54,952 bases of DNA from Phoronis australis. Its lineage: Eukaryota; Animalia; Phoronida. Position numbers and translations under genes: made by a program. Under the pieces are notes generated by a model. The model was not told the origin of the DNA, did no database searches, and saw only the letters and a program-made list of their open reading frames with translations. How positions within the stretch are numbered: position 1 is the first letter of the stretch; each line of letters opens with the position of its first letter. The stretch spans positions 1 through 54,952 of the forward strand of contig NMRA01000820.1 in NCBI GenBank assembly GCA_002633005.1. Reading direction: 5' to 3'. This document shows, one piece after another, positions 1 through 13,900 of the stretch.

Positions 1-492
1 TGGGATATGCAGAATCGATCTTTGACGCGTTTCATTGGCTAACACTTTCGACCACTTTTGCAAGTATCCGGATTCGAGCCGGAAAGTTTTGGGCCACTGC
101 ATAACACGTGATAAAATGTCACAAAACGGCGGTGTTTGTACTAATTCTTAAGCGATCAACTTATCAAACTTTGTGGTGGACAAATATGTTGATTTTTTGC
201 GTAAGAAGTCCTAAATATCCACGACAACATCCTTGATATTGCCGGCACTGCGGCACTGATTGGTCCCGTTGTTAGCGCGCAAGCGGTCAGACAATCGTGA
301 CTTAGAGAGGTGCGTCTCGTTTTTTATTGCATATATGACAGCCAAAGTGAAAATGACAACCCTATTAATCGCCAAACGACTGACACGTTTTTACTTTCAG
401 TTACCAAGAAATTATTTAACTCCTTTATTTGTTTCTGGGACTACGTGCTCAAAATATGATTTGACATTCACACGTTGCTGGCAGCGTAAATA

Positions 493-762
493 ATGGGCGC
501 ACCCAGGGGGGATTGGGGGGGCTCGAACGAGCCCCCCAATTTGGCGAATTGTGCAAAAAGGTTCACCTCAGTGAAACAAAAAGTTCCGCGAGTAAACGAG
601 ACAAAAATCCACAAAGCCAACAGGAATTCGGCGCGGATACACGATCGGCAGGCCTGAACCTAGTGGCCCCGTTTTTTAGTCCTCGTTGTTTTTTTTCAGT
701 AACAGGTCCGCATATGGAAGAATTCGAGCCCCCCCCCTATATTTTAGGCTGGGTGGGCGCAT
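493..762 (+). mobile_element. MITE (family A, copy 1) with about 14-bp TIRs ATG(G/C)GCGCACCCAG
   Basis: Ends are atgggcgcacccag ... ctgggtgggcgcat; a homologous inverted copy lies at 16825-17064. Confidence 0.7.
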
Positions 763-1153
763 GTAAAGTGTAGGCCTGCTCCTGCGATTCAAGTGGGGGG
801 ACTCACGCGTGCGCACCACTTCAACGCTGCAAATCAAAAAAGAACAGCTATAGTCCTAAGTGAAAGAATATACCAGCTTGGCTCTGTTAAGCACCCGGGT
901 ACGTGCCAGTGGTTTATTTGAAAATGAACTCATAGATTCCCGGCGGTTATAAAAGACCCGATGCTTTACGATATTTCCCGGGACCGATATAACCCAGAAC
1001 TGATATTTCCTGTGACGATGTTTCACCAGGTTGATGTTCCCTAAACCCTATACTCTATGCCCATAGCCAGCTGTTGCAACTAAACGGGTTCTAGATGTGA
1101 AATTGAAGTAAGCGACTTTTTATTCTTCTCTTCATACACCTCCGTGGCAAGTT

Positions 1154-2445
1154 TTCGCTCCCCGGACCACCGTCGCCGTAAAATGTTCAGACTACAATAG
1201 AAACAATCTTGTTCCGGCTGAAGGGGGCAATTGAAAACAAAATTATTCCGGGTGGCTAAAAAGGGTATAGTGTAGATGGTAACGATATCCAGAAAGTCAA
1301 CCTTATACTCGATGGAGTTTGTCTCGCAAAATCCTATTATTATATCGTTTTTTACCATTGCAGTCGTTTGATATCTTATTAACGCAAACACTCATAGCGC
1401 ACTATACAAACGACCGCTCGTGGTTTAGAATTGACACGCAGCCTATATAGTGTGTCACTCTCATTTTACACAACAAATTCAGTGTTCAAAAACATCTTTT
1501 CTCAATATGTATAAACCAAATCCCGGCTTTGTTTCATATCTGCGAAAGAAACTTAACACTAGTGACATGCGTGTCGTTTCGTGACTGACCTATTTTCCCC
1601 GTATTTGGAAGGTATTGAGGAGCAAACTCGAATTACGCGATGGAATCCCTCACGCAGTCGGGAATTATTTCGTGGCTATTCATTTCATAGAAAACGAATT
1701 GTTGAGTACGTAAACAGCATAAGTACCACATTTTNTTCGCTCCCCGGACCACCGTCGCCGTAAAATGTTCAGACTACAATAGAAACAATCTTGTTCCGGC
1801 TGAAGGGGGCATTTAAAAACAAAATTATTCCGGGTATAGTGTAGATGGTAATGATATCCAGAAAGTCAACCTTATACTCGATGGAGTTTGTCTCGCAAAA
1901 TCCTATTATTATATCGTTTTTTACCATTGCAGTCGTTTAATATCTTATTAACGCAAACACTCAAGTCAACAACAATGCTCACGCATAAGCCTACTCCCTA
2001 CCTTTGAATTGTTTTGTAATAAGTGGTCACTGATTTACTAAGCGTTCCCCTTCAACCTTTGAGAATTTCCCATTAAGCGCCCACGGTTCAGGCTAGCGCA
2101 CATCATAGCGCACTACACAAACGACCGCTCGTGGTTTAAAATTGACACGCAGCCTATATAGTGTGTCACTCTCATTTTACACAACAAATTCAGTGTTCAA
2201 AAACATCTTTTCTCAATATGCATAAACCAAATCCCGGCTTTGTTTCATAACTGTGAAAGAAACTTAACACTAGTGACATGCGTGTCGTTTCGTGACTGAC
2301 CTATTTTCCCCGTACTTGGAAGTTATTGAGGAGCAAACTCGAATTACGCGATGGAATCCCTCACGCAGTCGGGAATTATTTCGAGGCTATTCATTTCATA
2401 GAAAACGAATTGTTGAGTACGTAAACAGCATAAGTACCACATTTT
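1154..2445. repeat. Apparent tandem duplication across the N at 1735 (1154-1734 vs 1736-2445): overlapping allelic contigs
   Basis: Near-identical copies abut the single N. They differ by SNPs, a 13-bp indel and a 142-bp indel (1964-2105). Confidence 0.85.
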
Positions 2446-2604
2446 ATTTATGAAATTTGCACTGAACTGTTACCGCGCATCCAAATACGTCATTTGGTTA
2501 GGGCATCGTTTCACGTTTTTTTTTGTCAGATGTTTTTCAAACGTCGAGTTAAGTTTCAAAATTTGGGTTACGAACAAAAAAGTGGAGGGAATTTGCACTC
2601 TGAG

Positions 2605-3020
2605 TTAGTTTGGATCTTTAACGAGTTTTATGACAGCCAGTAGCAGGTCAGACCTAGCAAAATCACGGATATTTTTTCAACGGGCATTTTCTCCCTTTTC
2701 ACATCGCAAACGCTACTCGAATGCACGTGTCAGTTAGGGAGCACTGATTCAACTTTCACGTCGGCAACTTGCCTTGCGCTTTAGGGCCTTTCAATGGCGG
2801 TCGTGAAGAANTTAGTTTGGATCTTTAACGAGTTTTATGACAGCCAGTAGCAGGTCAGACCTAGCAAAATCACGGATATTTTTTCAATGGGCATTTTCTC
2901 CCTTTTCACATCGCAAACGTAGCTACTCGAATGCACGTGTCAGTTAGGAAACACTGATTCAACTTTCACGTCGGCAACTTGCCTTGCGCTTTAGGGCCTT
3001 TCAATGGCGGTCGTGAAGAA
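2605..3020. repeat. Apparent duplication across the N at 2811 (2605-2810 vs 2812-3020): assembly overlap
   Basis: Near-identical 206/209-bp copies flank the N. Confidence 0.85.
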
Positions 3021-3164
3021 CAGTAATACCGCACCTGCATGAACGAACTCAGTTTTGCGATATGAAGTTTTTCAGTATTTAACGCTGCAGGTAAGAGCAT
3101 AATCTAAACATTTTCTCGGTGATCTAAAAAATCAGTTTTGGAGCGTAAAAATTGCGGGAAATTT

Positions 3165-3422
3165 TTGCGACCTGGCATTTATGATTGCGAACTGGATTTT
3201 GAAAATGCGACCTGGGATTTTGGCTAGGTCGCAAAATGCGACCTGGCGATTTGAATAGCGTCGAGCCCTGATCATGAAAGTCTCATTCCATTCAACCATT
3301 TTCACATTTTATACGATTTTATAGGTTTATGTCATTAACTTGTATTTNTTTTGAAAATGCGACCTGGGATTTTGGCTAGGTCGCAAAATGCGACCTGGCG
3401 ATTTGAATAGCGTCGAGCCCTG
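3165..3422 (-). mobile_element. Two copies of a hAT-like transposon terminus (CAGGGCTCGAC...) with GCGACCTGG subterminal repeats
   Basis: An identical 74-bp block ending cgtcgagccctg occurs at 3197-3270 and 3349-3422 with different downstream flanks. It carries several direct and inverted GCGACCT motifs. Confidence 0.5.
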
Positions 3423-3554
3423 CTCTGGTAACTCATATACTTGATCACTGAACATCAATATAAAAAAATAGGTTCACACCTGTGTATGCTTCACAAGGTG
3501 TGAGTATAGAAATGAAACATAGCAATTGTACTTAATCCTTAGACATACTTAGCA

Positions 3555-4150
3555 CTTAACTATCATCAGAGTCACATCACTGTCAAAAGGAATGTCTAAT
3601 TCCATAAACTACCATCAAAGAAGTACAGGAAAACACCTTTCGTTTTCAGTGAATATTTGCACAAATAAATCTCACATAACACAGAGGTCAGTGAGGGAGA
3701 ATACAAAATGCTAAGGTAACTATTTGTGGGAAGAAAAATACTGGAGCAATTCAATGGAATTCATTTACTTGTCAGTACTACTACTTCTGAATTACAAAAA
3801 ACAGTTGTGTTTAGAAAAAGGGAGATAATACCGTCTTAATTTTTTCACACTTGTGTAAATACAAAAATATAACATAATGGAAGTTAGGACATAACTATCA
3901 TCAGAGTCACATCACCATCAATGGATGCCTATTTCCATCAACTACCCTCAAAGAAATACAGGAAAGCACTTTTCATCATCAGGAAAACATTGAATACATA
4001 AATCTCACATAACACTGAGATCATGGAGGGGGCTACGGAGTATATGAAATATGCAGATACCTGTTTATAAGTGGATGAACACTTGAGCAATGCAATAGAA
4101 TTCATTTGCTTGTTAATACCAACACTTCTGAATGACCAAAGAACATCCAT
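3555..4150. repeat. Diverged tandem duplication, period about 336 bp
   Basis: taactatcatcagagtcacatcac... occurs at about 3557 and 3893, with colinear similarity over roughly 250 bp. Confidence 0.7.
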
Positions 4151-4710
4151 GTTTTGTTAATAACGAGTTTAAACTGAAAAAGTAATTTTAGCTAAACTTG
4201 TCTCAAATCCCACCCAAAAATATTTTTTTTTAATTCTTGTCTTGGAAAGATTATTTGTTCCCATTTCCTCGGTATATGCACCTAGATACAAGTTTTTTTT
4301 CAAACCATGTACCAACAATTCAAAGTTGGGGGCTACGGAGAATACAGGCTGCTACGGAGAATACGAAAGACATTTTTACTTATGATCAATTCAAATCCAG
4401 GGCTTGGTCTAATATTTTTTGTGGGCCAAAAATAGCTTCAAGATTCCCAATGTGCAGTATCAAAAATCTTTTATTAATGGAAGAATTTAATGGAATTCAG
4501 ACATGGTTACGGAGAATACACAGTTTTTCTTAGGTGACTGTGATATTTGGTTGAGGAATCCAATCACTAGGACATCTGGTTCAAATATGTGGTTTCTAAC
4601 TCAAATTCTATATACCATCAACCATTAAAAAACACAGTTCAAAACACTAGTAATGCTTTTCTTTTTCAGCCATGGCTGTTAGAGAAGGAGCACATGCAAA
4701 ATTTAGGTGT

Positions 4711-4820
4711 TTTGCATAACATTGACATCAATTTGCATAACATTGACATCAATTTGCATAACATTGACATCAATTTGCATAACATTGACATCAATTTGCA
4801 TAACATTGACATCATTTTGC
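4711..4820. repeat. 21-bp minisatellite x5 (TTTGCATAACATTGACATCAA)
   Basis: Five head-to-tail units, four identical and the last differing at its final base. Confidence 0.95.
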
Positions 4821-6011
4821 AAGTGTGCCTGAAAATTGTGTTTGACTTTTCAGATCCCTGCAATTTTCTGAAGACAAACAAGAAATACATGTTAGAATCA
4901 TGAAAAACATTAAATTTCAATTAAATGTGTGATTTAATTAAATGCCATGTGTATTAAAAACATGTAATGTTTCAGTGAAACGAAATAATGATGGATTTCT
5001 GGCTAATTTCAGCTATATCAAGGATTACTCTGGCCATAATTAACATTTTTTCATACTTTAAAATGCGTAAATGTCATAAGTACCAGTGCTAAAACAAGAT
5101 CATCATACAAATATATGCCAAAAGTGAAGGAATTCTGTCAATATGATTGCATAACATAAACAAATCTAAATTTGCACCCGGAGTGAAAAAATGCCGACTA
5201 TAAACAGGGTTGGAAGGTTGAAAATGTAATATTTAGTGTCATACATGTCACACTCAAATTACTTATCAAATACTAACCTGCACAAGGTGAAATAAAGATC
5301 ATGTGAACACATTTATCTGCAAAAAATAATACTGCAAAAAATAATACGGCAAAAATAACCACACAGAAATCAGTCCTTCAAAATAACTTATTCACTCGAA
5401 GATTGAACGCTTTACTATTCTCTTGTCATTTCCATTTTTGTCAAACCATGAAATAGAGCATTCACTTGGCTCATTGGCTGGCATTTGGGTTACTACTAAT
5501 TGTTAGAACAAGAGGTCATTACGTCAAAATTTGAGAGTACAAGATGGCAAGTGATTTGATTCCTCGTTATTAGAGAAAGGTAGAAAGAGGCGAAAAATAA
5601 CCGGGTAAAACTGTTTATGGTTCCCTAAATACTCTAAGGGAATTTCATTTGATTTGGGCTAGCACACTCAACAAATATTGTTCCCCTATTTTTCTGATTT
5701 TGTCCATTTTACAAATTATTTAAAAGTTTTTGGATGACCCTTTAGTTCTATTTGAGCTGAGGACTGGCTATGACAGCTGATGGTGCAATTTTTTAATTAG
5801 AATACAACAAAATGGATAATATTAAAAACAGTTTCAAAATGTATGATAAGCATTTGAGCTTGAAATATTCATAATAAAACTTGAGAAGTGACAACTCGCT
5901 ATTGTTTCTTACTTTTTTGTGTAAACAACGACTCTATGTTGTTCGCGGATGTGCTTTGAACGTTGTTACGGTGTCTCCTCAGGTGATTAGTCGGTGACTG
6001 TGACACAGACG

Positions 6012-7949
<1,938 letters not shown>

Positions 7950-8077
7950 AAGACTGTTTACGTGCCGGTGCTTTAGTGGTGTAGGAGATTGTTTCATTGT
8001 GAAGACGAATTCAGCGTAATGTTGCCAAAATGAAATCCTCATGGAATGATATTTTTCTGAAACTTTCCTCAACTGCT

Positions 8078-8900
8078 ATTTATGCTCCTACATATGTTGA
8101 GGTGTATTGTTGTCGTCTTCGTCTCTGACCATTGTATGTTCCTCCGTGGCCCGCAGCAGTTTCTCCTAAGCCCCTTTTAGGAACGTCGTGGAATTTGGCG
8201 GGTGTGTTCCTATAAACGTGATTATGGACGAGGACTGCTGTACCACCTAGCGGCTGTTTTAGTTTTGCATTTGCTTTTGTATTTGCCAAGTCCCTTGATG
8301 GATCTTCACGGAACTTGGTAGAGATTTATGTATGAAGGAGGGGATGTCACTCGAAAATTTTGGGATGTCCACATCATGGTGCTTGTTCCCTATTGACAGT
8401 TTTATTATTTTGGTTCCTTTTGACAGCCACCATTTTATCTGTCAAATGCTTCAAAGCATTGTCATGAAACTCGACGGATAAATTGGTAAAGATATGGCTG
8501 ACCTTGATTTTTGACTTGACCCTCAGCGGCAGTTATATTTGTTTGCACCTGTGGCAATATCTACCAAATTTCTTAAAAGGTCATCGTTGAATTGACTAGG
8601 TGTGTGCTTGTTAACGAGAGCACGGATTTTGTTGATTTTGGGACGGAACTTACTACTGTTGTGCTCCTGTAAGACAAGTTTTTCCGTTTGTGTCTGCTTA
8701 AATAACTCCCCTGTTGGCACATGAAATTTGACAGATGTGTTTTCATTTAGAAGACAAGGCATTCCTGTTTTCGCCTAGATCCAGAATTTTTTGAACCTCT
8801 TAATTTTGGCATCCATTTTGGCATCAGTTTTTCTGCCTGCCTATTGGTTTGAAGAATTGTTACAAAATTGATAGAACGTGCTCCTGCTGAAGAAAATCAA
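8078..8900 (-). mobile_element. HINE/Helentron-like non-autonomous repeat downstream of the OSER1 stop (far boundary uncertain)
   Basis: The terminus reverse-reads ...gacgaagacgacaacaatacacctcaacatatgtaggagcataaa, the same architecture as the 3' end of the 39291-40595 element. Internal CCACCTAGCGGC-type motifs are present. Confidence 0.45.
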
Positions 8901-9784
8901 AATTGACATTGATTTTTAGGTAGTAATTTTTTTGTTTTTGCGCCAATATCTACCAAGTTTGGTGAAGGGTCTTCGTTTTTGTAGCACTTTTCCGTGTCTG
9001 AACAGTGCCGAATTGCACTGTGTTCCTTGGTGGCAATTTTATTTGTTCATTTTTGGTAACAGCCTTTATCATGGCAAGCGTGTTTCTATTAAGGCGAGTA
9101 TATCTGGCACACATTATTGGATGGATCCAACTGCCGCAGCGACTCCTAGTAGTAATCTTAATTTCATTGGCAGCAATAACATCCTCCAGGATTACATGTT
9201 TCAGTTTTCCATTGACTAGCATATGCACCCTGCAGACTCAATTTTAAGTTCACTGGTGTTGTTGAGTCTAGTGCTCGAAAATATTTGAATCATTGGCATT
9301 CCTTATATCTTTGCCATTTACAATGCACTCGGTAGGCAAATAACCTTAGCTACGTTGCTATTGTTTGTAAAACATGTAGTTTATTGCTCTTTCATCCTTA
9401 CAAAAGGCAGGAAATCTTCCACTGGTTAGGAAAAAACGTGCCATCTGTTGCATGTCTCCATTTACTGGTCGATGGCTGTTCCTGTGACGTGGTTGGGAAA
9501 CTTAAGAGTGGATGTAGGATTGTGACCAGAGAGGGTTCTCATACCACTCCATTACAACAATACATGAGTGACCACACAGGGGGGTCTCTGCACCCGGGAA
9601 CACCCCCTCTGGATCCATGTCTGCTTAACATGTTGTCACTGCCTGATAAAGAATGCATTCGTGTTCTGACATCTTGTTCACGTGGCACCTAATACCAACT
9701 CAAGCTTTGACTCGGATATTTCTGATACAAACACGTTTTGCTTTTGTTGTGAAATCCTCTTCAGTTTGTAATCGACTTGAGTGA

Positions 9785-9990
9785 GGAGGCAGTGTGGCCT
9801 GGTTGATAAGTGCCCGCTTTCTTTACTCGAGGTCGTGGGTTCGAGTCCCACCAGGTCACTGCTAAACCCTTTAGCCAGGTTTCTAGCTCCTCAGCTCGGT
9901 TTTAACCATATATTAATAAAGCATAAAAATAGTTCCAGGTGATCAGTGCAATGGGCCCACATGCAAGGCCTGCGCACGTCTGGTGCAGCG
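9785..9990 (+). mobile_element. tRNA-derived SINE (head with A and B boxes; body end uncertain)
   Basis: GTGGCCTGGTTG (A box) and GGTTCGAGTCCC (B box, about 9838-9849); no intact cloverleaf. Confidence 0.55.
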
Positions 9991-10931
9991 TGTATCAGAC
10001 CGCCTGCAATTGTTTTTTTGTTAATGGAGTTGAGTTGGAAATGAGAGACGTGATATAGTCTTGAATTTGAGGTCAGAGATGCAAACCCTGGTTTCTCAGG
10101 TGACAAACTTTGTATTTGCCTACATCATTCATTTCCTCTCTGTAGTGAATCCCTGGGTGCATGTGCTTGTCTCATATTGAGGCAGGTGTATTTCAACAGT
10201 TTTAGTATTGCCTTATTCCTAGTATTTTCCGTTTTACTTGACCTAAGTGTCTTCGATTTTGTGCTTGACTCAAACATTACTTCTATCAGTTTGAGCTGAA
10301 CGTTTGAGTTGAAGGTTGGAGTTTGAGTTTAAACTTCAGCTTGAACCTAACCGTCTTCAAGTACAAACTTTGAGGATATACGCTTCTGTGTAAACTGTGG
10401 TTTTCTTCAGTGCAAAATAAAAGACATCTGTCCTATGTTCGTATTAATGTAGATTAAGTTTGAGTTTGAAGATTGGATTTGTGGCCCAATTGAGCAAATA
10501 GGTTTTGGACTGCGAGTTGGGTGTTGGTGAAATTTAACTTTTTTGGAGCTACGATGTTGATCTTTTAAGCAATTGTTGAGTAAGCTTTTTAATGCTTGAA
10601 TAGGTGTCAATTTTTTTGTGGTTAAGCTTTCAGGATTTTTCTTTCCTTATTTTTGAAAGCATATTGCTGTCATTTGTAAGGACTGTTATTTATGAACTGC
10701 TGGTTTAATTTAATATTTATGTTTTATCCAAGTGGCCAGTGTACCGTGTATAATCAACGGTCGTCTTCATCTGAAGTAGGTGCATGTGATTAAATGCATG
10801 ATTCGTGAGAATAAAGTTTTTTATCAGCAAGAATATGACATTTCAGTAGCACTCCTTTAAACCACATGCAGTGCTTGGTTTCACCCTGTTTTCCAATTGG
10901 TCAATCAAATTCTGGTGACCTTAGCTTCTGG

Positions 10932-13900
10932 CTATACTTTGCCAAACCGTGTCTCGCTAGAGGCGCTGCCGTACGTGTTACTTCCATAATCCTTCTGGAA
11001 ACTGGCGCTACTTGGTGGCATGGTTGCAAATCTAGAGAACTCATCCGACAAGGGTTTCTCGAACATGTCCGACACCCAGAATGCCTGAAACACAAGATTC
11101 CTTCAAACAACTACTTTTTGCAAGGCAATATTTTGAATTGAAGTTCATATGTGTGAAGTCGCAGCATTAGTCGACAAATCCGTTGCGTACCCTTGATAAA
11201 TACGGTTAAATTAAATTGAAAATCTTATTCTTAAGAAAAAAAACGACGGATTTAAACCTGCTCGACATGTTTCGATCACCAGAAGAAAAAAAACGGTAGC
11301 CGCCTTGCTGGGCTCAACATCAATTAATGTTACACAGACACAATCAGTTACAGGGCAGTAACAACATACTATACTAACAATGTGGTGTGCCAGTTGCCTA
11401 TTGAGAAATTCATTGTAGAGTTAGAGGTCGACAATATACCGGTATTGCCATTTTTGGACGTTAATAGCTTCACATCTTTTATTTATATGGTGGGTCTCAT
11501 TAAAACTTATAGACCGAGTATATCTCATAAGCAACACTTGGGCTAATTTTGATTCTAATATTAAAGAACTTACATCGAATTTGCAAAAGACAGGCTATCC
11601 CCTTGAATTAGTCAATGCACTGAATGCTAGACTGCAACGCAACCATGATGATATTCATCCTGTAGACAAAACTAACTATAAGTACTTTAAAATACCCTAT
11701 GTTTGTTTGTACGCCAAGATTGCTCAACGAAAACTCAACAGATTGGTGAATTATTACTATGTTAACGTAAGAGTTGCATTAACATTCAAGTCTTAAACTG
11801 TCTAATCCGAAGACTAAACTTCATGGTATAATGTCCACTCCCACCTGGGTAGTGTCCAGATTTATCCGTGCTGGATGTGCCTCCTGTTACATAGGCGAAA
11901 CTCTTCGCATTTTGGAAACCCGGACGAGGGAACATCTTATTCTTGACAGAAGTTCACATATTAATATTCATCTGCAGAGCTACAATCATTGTTATGAATA
12001 ATGCTCTTTCAATGACTTTGCCATAATAGACCAAGCAGAAACAACAAAGCATCGAAAATTCATGAGGCTCTGCACATCAATCGGTGCACTGGCATCCCAC
12101 AGGTTGTAACTGTTAGTCCAGTCTATTGTTACTACCCTGTAACTGACTGTGTCTACATGTATGTATCAATACTTGTTGCTGAGGCTAGCAAGGTGACCAC
12201 TGCGTTTTTTTTTTCTTCTGGTGATGGTGTTTTAGTGAACGTAGAGATATGTCAATCCGGATTAAAAAAGTCGTTGTTTTAGGCTGCTACTTGCTATCAC
12301 GGAGAAAATCTTATTTCTGGCAAATAAGGCGAGGAAGCGAACGAAATTGTGATTCAAAATAGTAAAATATTGGAAACAAGTCAAAAGAAACTTGATAGTT
12401 TTAGACCGGGCGTTTTGTGCTGTACACTGACGGTGAATGTTGTCCTGTGCGTGTTCTGTATATTCCAATTCAGTATTTTGAGATTTTTCACTAAATAGGT
12501 TGCTTTGTTTTCAAACTCGATGTGCCACAACTTGTAGAGTTTTTGAAATAAATAAATGAACAGTACATGTAACTACTGGTTGAGATAAGTGACCTCATGC
12601 TTTCAATAATTCTGCAGTTGCCTCTTGCGTCGTAGTTAGCATAGGGCTTACTTACGGTCAATGCGGAGAGACTTATTCCCAAGGCAAGACCGGCCACGAT
12701 GTCGCTCAAGAAATGGACGTTGTCCGAAAGTCTTGTTACTGTGCTGTACAACGAAAAGGCAAGGGCCCCGCTCTGGATGGTAATTCTCAGGAATGAACTG
12801 CCTTTCCACGTCATTTTAGCTTGCAGGAAAAACTGCAAAGCATTTGTCGTTACGTTTACAAATGAACGACCGTTTTTAAGCGCTTACGTTACGATAAGGG
12901 AAGATTCTGTATACTTTAAGCATAGAGAATACGAATCTGCTCTGGACTTACTTGAGAAAAATTGACAACCTTTCGTCTGCCACTGTTGACTTTATCAAAC
13001 CATTGCGACATCTCGACAAGAATGAGACAAACGGCGGTAAAACATCACTGAGTAGTGGCGGACGAAACGCCGCCAATTTTTCTCAAGTATATTTAGTACT
13101 GACTCATAGGGCCTAATTGTTCACTATAATCTAATAGGATCGTACAAGTAAACCCAACCGTATTCCGTCGAGAAGCGAGCTTTTGACTTTGATCATTTGC
13201 TGCTGAAAAATTGGCCTCAACTTGTTCCTTATTCGGATAAGTGATGTCTGGGTTTGCAAAGAGGTCACTTGGTTATTGCCCGAAATCATGCGTCGCGGAA
13301 AAATGCGAAGCCATCATGATGAAGCTTCAGTGATCTCAAGTTATGAAGAAGTGTCAGTTTTGCAGACGAGACCCTGAAACTGTCAACTGGACTAAGGGAC
13401 AATTTTAGACCAATTCTACAATTATTTAACTTTGATTATTGATCTAGTCAACTTCTCACTTGCGTGATTTTGTACGGTCTTGTGAGTCCGCGTAACACAC
13501 ACGGCTAGGCTTTTCCATACAATATGAGGTCACGACCCAATACATTGATTCATGAAAAGTGATTTAAAGGGTAGCCTACAGAAATTTGTCTTACGCTTTA
13601 CTTAACTATTTCTGAACAAATAAAATCTCCCTTGATCAAAAGTGTATATTGAAGTCTCGGAAATGCTGGTTATTGAGATAATTTCTATTGTTCTTAGACT
13701 GGCTAAACCTTTTTTCAGCGAAGTGGGTGCCTAAGTCCAGATTTGGAACCACAGGTCACTGTTACAGCAGCTAGTGATGAAACAGTACCAAATAGGGACT
13801 CGTAACTTTTTACCACATTTGTGTAAACTTGTGAAAACACTGATAGTCCTTTCCTATGCTGTTTTGTTTTCATTACTGCGTTTACATATGGGCTTTGATA

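Noticed and set aside
4711-4820. CRISPR-like array
   Set aside because: Units are head-to-tail with no unique spacers, the context is eukaryotic, and there are no cas genes. The same applies to the 39381-40400 array.
4589-4920. ORFs with LHNIDIN / MSMLCKL heptad repeats
   Set aside because: Translation of the 21-bp minisatellite; not a gene.
9785-9860. Functional tRNA gene (also 20075-20165)
   Set aside because: A and B boxes are present but the acceptor and anticodon stems do not pair; treated as SINE heads.
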